Positions 1 to 9,567 of a stretch of 64,000 bases of DNA are shown here, in pieces. The notes beneath the pieces were generated by a model that worked only from the letters and a program-made list of their open reading frames with translations, was not told the origin of the DNA and searched no databases. How positions within the stretch are numbered: the first letter of the stretch is position 1; each line of letters starts with the position of its first letter. The DNA comes from Actinomycetota bacterium. Lineage in GTDB: Bacteria > Actinomycetota > UBA4738 > HRBIN12. The translations under genes were made by a program, and so were the position numbers. The stretch is from positions 659-64,658 of the forward strand of contig JBBEAY010000064.1 in NCBI GenBank assembly GCA_040882605.1, read 5' to 3'.

Positions 1-324
1 CCGGTCGGCCACCTCTCGGAAAGCTGCCGCCTCCCAGTTGAGATGCCTTCGTGCGTGGCGGGCCAACGAGTGCTGGGAGAACCTAGCCTCGGGGGGCCAC
101 TCTGCCATGATGGGCTCAAGCGTGCGCACGATGCTCGTGTACGGCCGCGGCACCAGCAACAGCTGCTCGGCCAGGTTCTTGACCATCGCGCCGTTGGGCA
201 AGTCCCCGATCGAAGCACTACAGACCTTGCATCGCGACTCGAGTCGAGGTTCGGTGGGACCCGGGGGGGTCGATGCCGCCATGATCGAAGCGGTTGCCTT
301 CCACGTCTGGGTTCGATGATCCAT
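1..324 (-). CDS. Hypothetical protein of the integrated element, CxxC...HxxxH putative Zn-binding; runs off the left edge
   Basis: Not in the ORF track. Hand translation from ATG 324 (AAGGG upstream; alternative ATG 282) is open to base 1: ...MAASTPPGPTEPRLESRCKVCSASIGDLPNGAMVKNLAEQLL...SQHSLARHARRHLNWEAAAFREVADR. Same orientation as rep. Confidence 0.6.
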   Translation of the reverse strand, partial: MDHRTQTWKATASIMAASTPPGPTEPRLESRCKVCSASIGDLPNGAMVKNLAEQLLLVPRPYTSIVRTLEPIMAEWPPEARFSQHSLARHARRHLNWEAAAFREVADR

Positions 325-355
325 CTCAACCCTTACGTGCGCGTCGCTGGCCCTT

Positions 356-1438
356 CTACACCACTGAAGTGGCCGGATCGTTGGCAGCGGGGTCAGGATC
401 GGGTACGGCCACCTCACGTCCGAGCGTGAAGTCCAGGAAGGACCCCCGCGGGTACGGATTGCCGGCGGCGACCACGATACCGAGCTCGCGCAGGCGCTTC
501 TCCCGACTCAGACGGGTGGTCTTCGAGAGCGGGACGGCTTCTCCAGCGGACCGCAGGAGCGCGTGACCGATCACTGCCTCCGTCTCGACCGGGGAGAGGC
601 CGAGTGACTTGACGGCGGTGATCATCGTGAGTTCTCCGGCCATGATGGCGCCGGCGCCCGACCATTCCCACCGCTTCTTGGCCAGATCCTCGATGAGTGC
701 GTCCGTCATGTCGAAGCCGTAGGTGATCTTGCCGATCTGCCGGGTCCAAGCCCTGCACCGAGCCTCCCATCTGATGACCTGGAGGTCGGGGCGACCGAGT
801 TCAGCGCCCTTGTCGTACAAGGTGACGGCCTGCCCGCGCCGCCCGCCGCCAACACACCGGTCGCGGCTGGTCGCGAGCTTGAGACCCGTCGGTCGGGTAG
901 TCAGGGGATCGTGATAGAGGAGGTGCTGCTTCACTCGGGGACGCGAGACATGGTTCAGGGCCTGGATGACCCCGACGGCATCGTGGACCTGGAAGTCCCT
1001 CGTGAGGTCAAGCTGCTGGACCCTGGCAACCCGCCAGTCGTCGACCGCGTCAGTCCTGCTGACGACCTCTGCCCACACCCGCTCCGCCGTCTCGGGGACC
1101 CGCTCCAGCTCGCACACGTACAGCGGATCGTCATCGAGGACCCTCGACGGGTTGAAGTCTGCGCCGACGTAGAGAAGTGAGTCGCCGCCGTTGCCGCTCC
1201 AGAGGGTGACCGTAGCGCCTCCCACCTCGACAACCGAGGTCCACCGGCGCCCGCGCCTCCGCTGCCACGAGTCATCGTCGACTCTTCTCCCGATGGGCGC
1301 CACCAGGTGGATGCCATCGACGCCTACTACGGTGGACATGCGACCGTCACCGACCAGAACCTGGTCCTCCGAATCACCCCCATAGGAGCGGTAGCCCCCT
1401 GGGAGGTCAACGGTCGTTGGTGGCCGGCGGACGATCAC
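356..1438 (-). CDS. Replication initiation protein, phage/plasmid gene II/X or Rep_trans-like (rolling circle)
   Basis: Motifs FNPSR, RVQQLDLTRDF, VTLYDKG (candidate catalytic Tyr) and IRWEAR; GTGA overlap with the excisionase stop. Confidence 0.7.
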   Translation of the reverse strand: MIVRRPPTTVDLPGGYRSYGGDSEDQVLVGDGRMSTVVGVDGIHLVAPIGRRVDDDSWQRRRGRRWTSVVEVGGATVTLWSGNGGDSLLYVGADFNPSRVLDDDPLYVCELERVPETAERVWAEVVSRTDAVDDWRVARVQQLDLTRDFQVHDAVGVIQALNHVSRPRVKQHLLYHDPLTTRPTGLKLATSRDRCVGGGRRGQAVTLYDKGAELGRPDLQVIRWEARCRAWTRQIGKITYGFDMTDALIEDLAKKRWEWSGAGAIMAGELTMITAVKSLGLSPVETEAVIGHALLRSAGEAVPLSKTTRLSREKRLRELGIVVAAGNPYPRGSFLDFTLGREVAVPDPDPAANDPATSVV

Positions 1439-1680
1439 GAGCGGGCCGCCTCATCCCTGAGCCGTGCCACGAACTGGTCGAGCGCGTCGACGGGGATGCG
1501 ACGGGACCTCCCGATCTTGACCGACTCAAGATCGCGGCTCGCGATGAGTTCGCAAGTCTTCGACCGCCCCATGCTCAGGAGTGAGGCCGCGACGTCGATC
1601 GTCACCAGCCGACGCGCCGGCGGATCGGGCTGCTGGGCTGTATCGGAATCCTCCATCGCAAGCCAGCGTAGGTTCTCCAT
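1435..1680 (-). CDS. Excisionase-family helix-turn-helix protein
   Basis: 81 aa, LVTIDVAASLLSMGRSKTCELIASRDLESVKIGRSRRIPVDALDQF: typical HTH_17/Xis pattern; divergent from the integrase unit. Confidence 0.85.
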   Translation of the reverse strand: MENLRWLAMEDSDTAQQPDPPARRLVTIDVAASLLSMGRSKTCELIASRDLESVKIGRSRRIPVDALDQFVARLRDEAARS

Positions 1681-1716
1681 CTATAGTGTTTTAGAAGGAG
1701 ACATCAACCTGGCTTC

Positions 1717-2733
1717 ATGGAGAAGGAGCAGAGGGCCATGGACCTACCGGAGAAGGAGCTTCAGGAGCGGAACCTTCAGCTCCGTGAGGAGGTCCAGCGG
1801 GCCGCCGGCCGGCAGATCAGCGACGAGGGGTGGGAGTTCTTCGTTGAGAAGGAGGCGGCCGACGACGAGCCATTCAGCCGCCACCTAGTGGACCTGATGC
1901 TCGAGCAGCTCCCCTACTACAGCATGGTGGGTCGGCGACCGCCCTCGCGCAGGATCATGCAGCCGGCGCCCAACGAGACCATCCAGGCCTACGAGGATGC
2001 GCTCGCCTGGTTCGCCTCACGTACCCCGTCGTTCTCGGTTGAACGGTTCCGGGCGTCGGTGGTCGGCCGGAAGTTGGTGACTCCGTCAGAGGCGCGGGAC
2101 TGGCTCAACGATCGACTCGAGGCCGAGGGCCTCGAACGAGGACTGCCCGCCTCCTACCGGCACCTCGTGTCGGTGCCGAAGGATAGCCTCCTTCCTGTGA
2201 TGGAGGTTCAGATCGTCGAGCTCCGTGATCCCGTGGACGGTCTCGACTACTGGGCTCCCGTCCTCCCTGGAGAGAGTGACGCGAACTGGCTCCGGCTGAC
2301 GGCCAAGAACTGGGCGGCCGACGTGGGGTGCACGAACGGGATGGCGACGCTCTGGGTCATCTCCGGCGTGACACCCAGCGTGGAGATGGTCTCGGCCGTC
2401 TTCCATCCGGCCGCGCCGACGAAGGCCTTCGGGGAGAGGATCGAACTCACCGTCGACCCGGCCACGCCGCCCGAGGACGTCATGCTCGCCTACAAGAAGG
2501 CGAGGACGGCGATCGCCGGCGGCCGCGTCCGCACGCCAACGTCGAAGCATCTGCGGCTGGCTGTCTTCGCCGACCAGAAGCCGGCCGGCGAGAAGTGGGT
2601 TGAGACGATGCGGCGATGGAACGACGCCTACCCCGCGTGGGAGTACGAGTACGTGCCCAACTTCTGGCGTGACTGCGATCGCGCTCTGAAGCGCTTCTTG
2701 AAGGACCGTCCGTTCACGAGAGGCGAGGAGTAG
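1717..2733 (+). CDS. Hypothetical protein co-transcribed with the integrase (possible element regulator)
   Basis: 338-aa ORF ending 3 bp before int; alternative start 1738 after GGAGAAGGAG; basic helical C-terminus. Confidence 0.7.
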   Translation: MEKEQRAMDLPEKELQERNLQLREEVQRAAGRQISDEGWEFFVEKEAADDEPFSRHLVDLMLEQLPYYSMVGRRPPSRRIMQPAPNETIQAYEDALAWFASRTPSFSVERFRASVVGRKLVTPSEARDWLNDRLEAEGLERGLPASYRHLVSVPKDSLLPVMEVQIVELRDPVDGLDYWAPVLPGESDANWLRLTAKNWAADVGCTNGMATLWVISGVTPSVEMVSAVFHPAAPTKAFGERIELTVDPATPPEDVMLAYKKARTAIAGGRVRTPTSKHLRLAVFADQKPAGEKWVETMRRWNDAYPAWEYEYVPNFWRDCDRALKRFLKDRPFTRGEE

Positions 2734-2736
2734 CCG

Positions 2737-3870
2737 ATGGCTAAGCGGCGCGGACACGGGGAAGGATCCATCCACCGGCGGAAAGACGGGCGCTGGGCAG
2801 GCTCGGTCGAACTCGGGTGGGTCGAGGGCAAGCGCAAGCGGAAGTCCGTGTACGGCGCGACCCGTGCAGAGGTGCTCAGGAAGCTCGACGACGCCCGGCG
2901 CGCGGTGAGAGCGGGAGCAGCCCTGCCCAACGAACGACGGACGGTCGAGCAGTACCTGGAGTGGTGGCTCTCGGAGTTCAAGCCGGGGCGCGTTCGGACG
3001 ACGACCTTGGAGTCGTACGAGCAGAAGCTCCGTCACATCATCCGGATACTGGGGCATGTTCGACTGTCCAAGCTCACCGAAGACCAGGTTGAACAGGCCC
3101 TCAACCAACTAGCGGAGGAGGGCCACAACCCTGGCGGCGTTCGGGCCATCCACATCGTCTTCAAGCACGCTCAGAAGAAGGCCCTGAGGAACGGGTGGGT
3201 CGTGAAGAACGTGGTTGCGTTGGCCGACGGTCCCAAGGTCGAGGAGCGGGAGAAGGACCCCTTCACTGTCGAAGAGGTCAAGGCCCTCCGGCGCGAGATG
3301 GAGAAGCATCGGCTGCTGCCCCTCTTCTTCGTTGGTCTGGCCCTCGGCCTGCGAGAGAGTGAAGCGTTCGGGCTGCGGTGGGGAGACGTCGACCTGGATG
3401 GTGGACTCGTACACATCCGGCATCAGGTCAGACGGACGACGGGTGGAGGCTTCGAGTTCGTCGAACTCAAGACGAGAGCGTCGAGGTCAACCCTCGAACT
3501 GACGAAGAAGCAGGTCGCCATCTTGCGGAAGCACCGGTTGCGGCTCAACCAAGAGCGCCTGGCGGCGGGCTCCTTGTGGCAGGATCACGATCTGGTGTTC
3601 CCAACCGATCGTGGCACCCCACTCGACGCCTCGAACGTCAGGGCCTTCTTCGTCGGGGTCTGCGAGCGCGCGAAGGTGCGGCCGAGACGGATACACGACT
3701 GGCGAGTCACTGCGGGATCTTGGCTCGCCGACCTGAACGTCCACCTCGACACCGCCAAGCAGGTGCTCCGGCACGCGAACCAGAGCACGACGATGAAGCA
3801 CTACACGCACACGTCGTCGGAGCGACGTCGCGAGGCGATTGAGGCGCTCGACAAGCTGTTCAACGGATGA
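2737..3870 (+). CDS. int: Tyrosine recombinase / site-specific integrase
   Basis: N-terminal KRRGHGEGSIHRRKDGRW; catalytic R (GLRESE), K (ELKT), HxxR (HDWR), H (LRH) and Y (KHY) all present. Confidence 0.95.
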   Translation: MAKRRGHGEGSIHRRKDGRWAGSVELGWVEGKRKRKSVYGATRAEVLRKLDDARRAVRAGAALPNERRTVEQYLEWWLSEFKPGRVRTTTLESYEQKLRHIIRILGHVRLSKLTEDQVEQALNQLAEEGHNPGGVRAIHIVFKHAQKKALRNGWVVKNVVALADGPKVEEREKDPFTVEEVKALRREMEKHRLLPLFFVGLALGLRESEAFGLRWGDVDLDGGLVHIRHQVRRTTGGGFEFVELKTRASRSTLELTKKQVAILRKHRLRLNQERLAAGSLWQDHDLVFPTDRGTPLDASNVRAFFVGVCERAKVRPRRIHDWRVTAGSWLADLNVHLDTAKQVLRHANQSTTMKHYTHTSSERRREAIEALDKLFNG

Positions 3871-3871
3871 A

Positions 3872-3894
3872 TGGCTGTCAACTTGGCTGTCAAC
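3872..3894 (+). repeat. Tandem 11-bp direct repeat, putative integrase arm-type binding sites
   Basis: TGGCTGTCAAC at 3872-3882 and 3884-3894, between the int stop and the tRNA 3' end. Confidence 0.65.
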
Positions 3895-3952
3895 CCGAGT
3901 TACCAAGGCGACACTCACGAACCCCAGCCCTGCGGCGCAGGAGATAACGTAG

Positions 3953-4025
3953 CTCCGGGGGTGGGACTCGAACCCACAACCTACGGATTAACAGTCCGCC
4001 GCTCTGCCGGTTGAGCTACCCCGGA
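3953..4025 (-). tRNA. tRNA-Asn(GTT), CCA not encoded
   Basis: Reverse complement TCCGGGGTAGCTCAACCGGCAGAGCGGCGGACTGTTAATCCGTAGGTTGTGGGTTCGAGTCCCACCCCCGGAG folds into a cloverleaf with anticodon GTT; TAGACT -10 box at 4048-4043. Confidence 0.97.
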
Positions 4026-4143
4026 AAGGTGGAGCGTCGCGGAGTCTACCAGTGACCCCTTCCCCGCCCGAGCGGCGTCTTTGCACCCAGGGGTAGTCTG
4101 TGGCGGCATCTTCCATCGTCGTATCCAACAGGAAGGACGTCGC

Positions 4144-4413
4144 ATGAAGCTCCGCTCGCTGATCCTGGTGGGTGCCGGCATCGGCATCGGATACTCGGTC
4201 TCCCAAAAGATGCGTCAGGATGACCCTGAGGTCGTGCGAGGCCCGCAGCCGAGATCCTCGGGCTCACCGGCGCTCCGGCTCGTGGGTGGGCAGGCGCAAC
4301 GCCTGGCCGATCAGGCCAGCGTTCGGAGCCTCGGAGCGATCCGGCGCGCACGGGGGGCAATCCGCAACAGGCTGGGCGAGACAGAGACCTTCGATGATGC
4401 GGCCTGGAACTGA
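4144..4413 (+). CDS. Small membrane-anchored hypothetical protein
   Basis: MKLRSLILVGAGIGIGYSV N-terminal anchor; AGGAAGGA RBS; TAGTCT -10 upstream. Confidence 0.7.
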   Translation: MKLRSLILVGAGIGIGYSVSQKMRQDDPEVVRGPQPRSSGSPALRLVGGQAQRLADQASVRSLGAIRRARGAIRNRLGETETFDDAAWN

Positions 4414-4471
4414 CGAGCGAAGATCAGATCGACGGGCGGACTTGAGCGCCCGGCGGGGGTACGTACGTACC

Positions 4472-5791
4472 CTATTCGAGGTAATCGCGGAGCTTCTGCG
4501 AGCGGCTGGGGTGGCGTAGCTTCGACAGCGTCTTCGACTCGATCTGGCGGATGCGCTCACGGGTGACGCCGAACTCGCGGCCCACTTCTTCCAGGGTGCG
4601 AGGGTGGCCGTCGACCAGGCCGAACCGCAGTTGGATCACTTTCTTCTCACGCTCGCTCAGCGTATGCAGCACACTTTCGAGCTGTTCCTGCAGCAGGATG
4701 AAGCTCGCGGCATCGACCGGCACGACCGCGTCTGCGTCCTCGATGAAGTCGCCGAGGTGGGAATCCTCTTCCTCGCCGATGGGGGTCTCGAGCGAGACGG
4801 GTTCCTGCGAGACCTTCTGGATCTCGCGCACCTTCTCAGCGCTGATGCCCATGACCTTGCCGATCTCGTCGGGCGTGGGCTCGCGGCCGAGGTCCTGCAG
4901 CAGCTGGCGCTGCACGCGAACGAGCTTGTTGATCGTCTCGACCATGTGCACAGGGATGCGGATCGTGCGCGCCTGGTCGGCGATCGCGCGCGTGATCGCC
5001 TGACGGATCCACCATGTCGCGTAGGTCGAGAACTTGAATCCCTTGGCGTAGTCGAACTTCTCGACCGCGCGGATCAAACCGAGGTTGCCCTCCTGGATCA
5101 GATCGAGGAAGAGCATGCCCCGACCGACGTAACGTTTGGCGATCGAGACGACCAGGCGCAGGTTCGCCTCGATGAGCTTGCGTTTCGCGAGCTGGCCGTC
5201 TCGCTCGACCCGGTGCAGCCACGCCTGCATGTCGTCGTCGGTCTTGGGGCGATAGCTCTTCGCGATCTTCTCGCGGCCGATGCCCTCGACCTTGCCGAAC
5301 GCGGTCATCTGGTGGTTGCGGATCTCCCACACCTTGATGACGCAGACCTTCACCTCGTGCGGATCGGCTTTGGGGTCTTCCTCGTCTCGCAGCTGCGTCT
5401 GCAGCGCCGTCGACATCTCTCCGGCCTCGATGCGGCGGGCCAGGTCGATCTCCTGCGGAGCGTTCAGCAGGGGGACCTTGCCGATCTCCTTCAGGTACAT
5501 GCGGACCGGATCGTTGGTCGGGGCCTTCAGCAGGTCGACCTCGATGCGCACCTGGGTCGCGGCGTCGGTCTCCTCGCCGGGGACCTCGATGACCTCGATA
5601 CCCTCGGCCGTGAGGTGGTCGCCGACCTGAGTCAGGAACTCCTCGACCTGCTCCGGGGTGAAGTCATCGACCGGAACCGCTTCGAGCAGGTCCTCGGAGG
5701 TGACGAAGCCACGCTCCCGCCCTTTGGCGGTGATGGTCTCCTTGACCTCATCGAGGCTCAGTGGGGGTTCATCGCGGGCCGGAACAGCCAA
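4472..5791 (-). CDS. rpoD: Primary RNA polymerase sigma factor RpoD/SigA
   Basis: [57 protein letters not shown]; TTG start after GAGGAG. Confidence 0.97.
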   Translation of the reverse strand: MAVPARDEPPLSLDEVKETITAKGRERGFVTSEDLLEAVPVDDFTPEQVEEFLTQVGDHLTAEGIEVIEVPGEETDAATQVRIEVDLLKAPTNDPVRMYLKEIGKVPLLNAPQEIDLARRIEAGEMSTALQTQLRDEEDPKADPHEVKVCVIKVWEIRNHQMTAFGKVEGIGREKIAKSYRPKTDDDMQAWLHRVERDGQLAKRKLIEANLRLVVSIAKRYVGRGMLFLDLIQEGNLGLIRAVEKFDYAKGFKFSTYATWWIRQAITRAIADQARTIRIPVHMVETINKLVRVQRQLLQDLGREPTPDEIGKVMGISAEKVREIQKVSQEPVSLETPIGEEEDSHLGDFIEDADAVVPVDAASFILLQEQLESVLHTLSEREKKVIQLRFGLVDGHPRTLEEVGREFGVTRERIRQIESKTLSKLRHPSRSQKLRDYLE

Positions 5792-5914
5792 CGGGTCTCC
5801 TCGGGAGTGGTGGAATGGGGGTTCGGCACGGGCATCGGCACGACGACCCAGTGTACGGAACGCGGCAGAAGGCGACCCTCCGCACGGGGCGCCTCGGTGC
5901 TGGCGCAACGATGC

Positions 5915-7711
5915 TCACACCGCGCTGCGGATGCCCTGGCGCAGCCGGCGGAGCTCTCCGTCGATCGCCACGAGCTGCGCGAACAGCTCATCGTAGCCCT
6001 CGTCGGTGGTCGGGTTCAGCTTCTGCAGCTGCATGCGAAGCGTGTCGCTCTGGTGCTTCAGCACGAACTCCTGGAGACGAGACCACACCGAGAGCGTGTA
6101 CTCACGCCCCGCTTCGCCATCGAGCGGCTCGACAGCGAGAGAGCTGAGCATGGCACCGAGCTTCTCGTCGTCTCCCCCGGCGACCACCGAGGCATCGCCC
6201 TCGGCCTCGCGCAGCGCCGCGAGCGCCTTGCGAGCGATGGCGCTGCGGAAGTGCTCGTCGGTGAGCTGTGGGGTGTACTCGTCGTAGGCGGTCCGGTCGC
6301 GCACGAGCAGCTTCAGCATCTCGCGCTCGACCTTGTCCCGCGCGCTCATGCGCCGAGGCGACTCAACCACAACCTCGGCCGGACGGCCGCGGCGTCGCGA
6401 ATCGAGCGCCTGCACGACCGAGAACTCGGTCACCCCCGCGAGATCGGCCACTAGGTGCGCGTACTCGCTGCGCCGGACCGGATCGTTGAGGCCTACGATG
6501 ATCGGCATCGCGTCAGCAACGGCCTGCGATTGTCCCTCGACGCTCGAGAGGTCGTGGCGGCCGATCGTGCGCCGCACCATGTATTCCACGAGCGGACGCG
6601 CGCCCTTCGCCGCCTCGCGCACCCCTTCTGCGCCGTTCTTCGCGACGAACTCGGCCGGATCGAGCCCCTCGGGCATGATCATGACGACGGTCTGCACCGA
6701 CGGGAAGCGCTCCTGGAACTCGGCCGCCCGCTCCGCGGCGCGCGCGCCGGCCTCGTCAGAATCGAACGCCATGATCGCGCGCGCGGCGAACCGCGAGAGC
6801 TGGCGGAAATGACCTTCGCCGAGCGCGGTGCCGCACGTGGCGACGGTGTTCTCGATGCCTGCCTGCGAGAAGCCGATCACGTCGGTGTAGCCCTCGACCA
6901 CGAACACCTCGCCAGACTTCGCGATCGCGGTGCGCGCCCGGTGCAGGTTGTAGAGCACCTCGTGCTTCTTGTAGATCGGCGTCTCGGCGGTATTGAGGTA
7001 CTTCGCCTGCTCGCCGGCCCTAGGGTCGCTCGGCAGCACGCGCGCTCCGAAACCGATCCCGCGCCCCTGCAGATCGTGGATCGGGAAGATCAACCGGCCC
7101 CGGAACCGGTCGCGCACCGTGCCGTCGTCGCCGCGCGTAGCGAGACCTGCCTCGAGAAGCACCTCAGGGCTCAGATCACGCGCCTGGCTCAGGCGTCGCA
7201 GCAGGAAGTCGGCATACCCAGGCGCGTACCCCATGCCGAACGCTTCCACCGCCTCGGGCGCGATACCACGCTCGGAGACGTAGGCGCGGGCGTCGCCGGC
7301 TTCCTTGCCATCGGCGAGCATGCGCGTGTAGAGCTCGGCTGCCTGCTCGTTGGCTCGGAACACCGACTGCCGCCGAGCCGCCGCCTGTCGCGCCTCGGGC
7401 GAGTCGCCCTCGTACCTCAGGTGCACGCCCGCCTGCTGGGCGAGCCGCTCGACCGCCTCGACGTAGCTCAGGTGCTCGAGCTCGCGGAGGAACCGGATCG
7501 TGTCGCCCCCCGCGCCGCACCCGTGGCAGTAGTAGAGCTGCTTCGAGGGCGAGATGCCGAACGATGGCGTCTTTTCCTGGTGGAACGGGCAGAGCCCCAC
7601 CATGCGGTCTGCGCCGGCCTTCTTGAGCGTCAGGTACTGCGACGCGACCTGCACCAGATCGGTGCGTTCCTTCACCGCCTGCACGTCGTCGTCGCGGATG
7701 CGTCCGGCCAA
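5915..7711 (-). CDS. dnaG: DNA primase
   Basis: CPFH...CHGC zinc finger, DRFRGRLIFPI, KYLNT, VVEGYTD, FDSD TOPRIM motifs; TTG start after GGAAGG. Confidence 0.97.
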   Translation of the reverse strand: MAGRIRDDDVQAVKERTDLVQVASQYLTLKKAGADRMVGLCPFHQEKTPSFGISPSKQLYYCHGCGAGGDTIRFLRELEHLSYVEAVERLAQQAGVHLRYEGDSPEARQAAARRQSVFRANEQAAELYTRMLADGKEAGDARAYVSERGIAPEAVEAFGMGYAPGYADFLLRRLSQARDLSPEVLLEAGLATRGDDGTVRDRFRGRLIFPIHDLQGRGIGFGARVLPSDPRAGEQAKYLNTAETPIYKKHEVLYNLHRARTAIAKSGEVFVVEGYTDVIGFSQAGIENTVATCGTALGEGHFRQLSRFAARAIMAFDSDEAGARAAERAAEFQERFPSVQTVVMIMPEGLDPAEFVAKNGAEGVREAAKGARPLVEYMVRRTIGRHDLSSVEGQSQAVADAMPIIVGLNDPVRRSEYAHLVADLAGVTEFSVVQALDSRRRGRPAEVVVESPRRMSARDKVEREMLKLLVRDRTAYDEYTPQLTDEHFRSAIARKALAALREAEGDASVVAGGDDEKLGAMLSSLAVEPLDGEAGREYTLSVWSRLQEFVLKHQSDTLRMQLQKLNPTTDEGYDELFAQLVAIDGELRRLRQGIRSAV

Positions 7712-7726
7712 GGTTCCTTCCCTATC

Positions 7727-7796
7727 TTCTCTGGCCCACGTTCTCTGGCCCACGTTCTCTGGCCCACGTTCTCTGGCCCACGTTCTCTGGCCCACG
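7727..7796. repeat. Perfect tandem repeat, 5 x 14 bp (TTCTCTGGCCCACG)
   Basis: Units start at 7727, 7741, 7755, 7769 and 7783; fills the dGTPase-dnaG intergenic gap. Confidence 0.95.
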
Positions 7797-7805
7797 TGTC
7801 TGTGC

Positions 7806-8828
7806 TCAGATGTCTCGTTCCAACAGCCAGCCCTGGGGAAGGAAGAGCCGCTCGTACGTTCGGATCGCGTAACGGTCGGTCATGCCCGAGATGAAATCGG
7901 CCACTCGCGTCGCGAGATCGCCGCGCACCTCATGGTACTCGGGCGGCATCTCGCCGGGGTGGTCGAGGAAATGTGCGAACAGGTCGCGGATCAGCTTCGT
8001 CGCCCGCTCGTGGTCGCCGCGGGCGCTCTCGCGCAGGTAGACCTCGCTGAACATGAAGTCGCGAAGGGCGTCGAGCGCAGTGAACACCTCAGGCGAGAGC
8101 CCGACCTCGTCTCTGTCGTCGCTGTGGGCCACGAGGTCAGCCACGAGCGTGTCGATGCGGTCGGAATGCGTCGCTCCGAGCACCTTGACGGCCTCGGCCG
8201 GGAGCTCGCGCTCGTCGAGCACCCCCGCTCGCACCGAGTCGTCGATGTCGTGGTTGATGTAGGCGATACGGTCGGCGAACCGCACGAGCTGTGCCTCGAG
8301 GGTCGAGGGCATGGGTGTAGACCAAGGGTGGTGCACGATGCCGTCTCGCACCTCCCAGGTGAGGTTCAGCCCGGCGCCGTCGTTCTCGAGATGCTCGACG
8401 ATGCGAAGCGACTGCTCGTTGTGGCGGAACGGTTGCCCCAAGAGCGGCGTGAGCGCTTGCTCGCCGAGATGCCCGAACGGCGTGTGTCCGAGATCGTGGC
8501 CGAGGGCGATGGCTTCGGTGAGGTCCTCGTTCAAACGTAGCGCTCGGGCACACGTGCGCGCGATCTGTGAGACATCGAGGGTGTGGGTGAGCCGAACCCG
8601 GTAGTGATCGCCTTGAGGCGCCAGGAACACCTGTGTCTTGTGCTTCAGGCGTCGGAACGCCTTGCAGTGCAAGATGCGGTCGCGATCTCGCTGGAAGACG
8701 GTGCGGATGTGGTCATGCGGTTCCTGGCGGTCACGCCCTTTGGTCTCGGCGGCGAGCACGGCTCGCGGAGACAGCACATCTCGCTCGAGCTGCTCGGTTC
8801 GCTCGCGGGGGGTCGGCACAGCGCTCAC
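7806..8828 (-). CDS. dgt: Deoxyguanosinetriphosphate triphosphohydrolase (dGTPase, HD domain)
   Basis: FQRDRDRILH, FRRLKHKTQVF, RLTH, LGHDLGHTPFGHLGE, ADRIAY..HD; upstream of dnaG. Confidence 0.95.
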   Translation of the reverse strand: MSAVPTPRERTEQLERDVLSPRAVLAAETKGRDRQEPHDHIRTVFQRDRDRILHCKAFRRLKHKTQVFLAPQGDHYRVRLTHTLDVSQIARTCARALRLNEDLTEAIALGHDLGHTPFGHLGEQALTPLLGQPFRHNEQSLRIVEHLENDGAGLNLTWEVRDGIVHHPWSTPMPSTLEAQLVRFADRIAYINHDIDDSVRAGVLDERELPAEAVKVLGATHSDRIDTLVADLVAHSDDRDEVGLSPEVFTALDALRDFMFSEVYLRESARGDHERATKLIRDLFAHFLDHPGEMPPEYHEVRGDLATRVADFISGMTDRYAIRTYERLFLPQGWLLERDI

Positions 8829-8916
8829 GCGCTCATCGTAACGGCGACGCCCGACAGTCCGAGAGGCTCGGTCACCCCCGTGCATCGAAAGCGCTCGAGG
8901 TCCGAGCCCGATGCGG

Positions 8917-9525
8917 TCAGCTTCCGGCGACGCGGTAGTACAGGTAGGCGAACGTCTCGCGTACGTATCCGGACAGGCGCGTTTCCTCGGTGCGCGCTGC
9001 GGAGGTCCAGGTGGCCGAGGCGTGCCCCTCGATGCCGAGATCGGAGGCCATACGTTCGATGCGCGCGTTGTGCCACGGGTCGGACACGAGGAATGCGCTC
9101 GACAATCCGCGATCGCCCATCGCTCGAGCCACTGCCCGCAGGCTCGTGTACGACGTGTTTCCAAGGGGCAGCGCGACCAGCGAGCTCGAAGGCACCTCGC
9201 GATCGATGAGATACTGGCGCCCTGCCTCGGCCTCGGTGGTGCGGTCTCCGGGCAGGTTGGCGCCGAGCACGAAGATGACGTCGGCACGACCCTGTTCGTA
9301 GAGCAGCGCCGCGTGATCGAGGCGCCCCGCGAACACCGGAGAAGGCGTGCCGTCGTACTGGGCGGCGCCGAGCACGACGATCGCATCGACCCGTTCGATG
9401 TCGCTCGCATCATCGTGGTGCGCTTCGCGCCACACGGTGACGGCGCTGAAGGCGACGGCGCCGACGGCCAGAGCCACCACGAGGCCGGCGATGCTGAAGA
9501 GTGGGTGTCGGCGGAGGAGGCGCAC
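8917..9525 (-). CDS. YdcF/DUF218 (SanA/ElyC-like) envelope protein
   Basis: N-terminal TM helix, DAIVVLGAAQYDG, TEAEA, VSDPWHNAR, RE motifs. Confidence 0.88.
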   Translation of the reverse strand: MRLLRRHPLFSIAGLVVALAVGAVAFSAVTVWREAHHDDASDIERVDAIVVLGAAQYDGTPSPVFAGRLDHAALLYEQGRADVIFVLGANLPGDRTTEAEAGRQYLIDREVPSSSLVALPLGNTSYTSLRAVARAMGDRGLSSAFLVSDPWHNARIERMASDLGIEGHASATWTSAARTEETRLSGYVRETFAYLYYRVAGS

Positions 9526-9567
9526 CAGCCCAGGCTAGCAACGCCTCCCCGCCGATCGGTCGAACCC

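Larger units (their letters stand above)
1..3952. mobile_element. Right part of an integrative element (integrated plasmid, prophage or satellite) at tRNA-Asn
   Basis: Tyrosine integrase ends 82 bp from the tRNA 3' end; divergent excisionase and Rep genes; arm-type repeats. The other att site is not in the window. Confidence 0.85.

Noticed and set aside
250-270. Second att copy of the tRNA 3' end (GGTGGGAC match)
   Set aside because: Only 8 bp and inside a coding frame; the real distal att must lie beyond the left edge.
4433-4472. Palindrome GGGTACGTACGTACCC and hairpin at the rpoD stop
   Set aside because: Most simply terminator-type structure between convergent genes; no further evidence.
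7727-7796. CRISPR array, or an N-terminal extension of DnaG (MGQRTWARE...)
   Set aside because: Units are contiguous with no spacers and no cas genes; the extension is just the translated repeat, and DnaG has an RBS and TTG at 7711.
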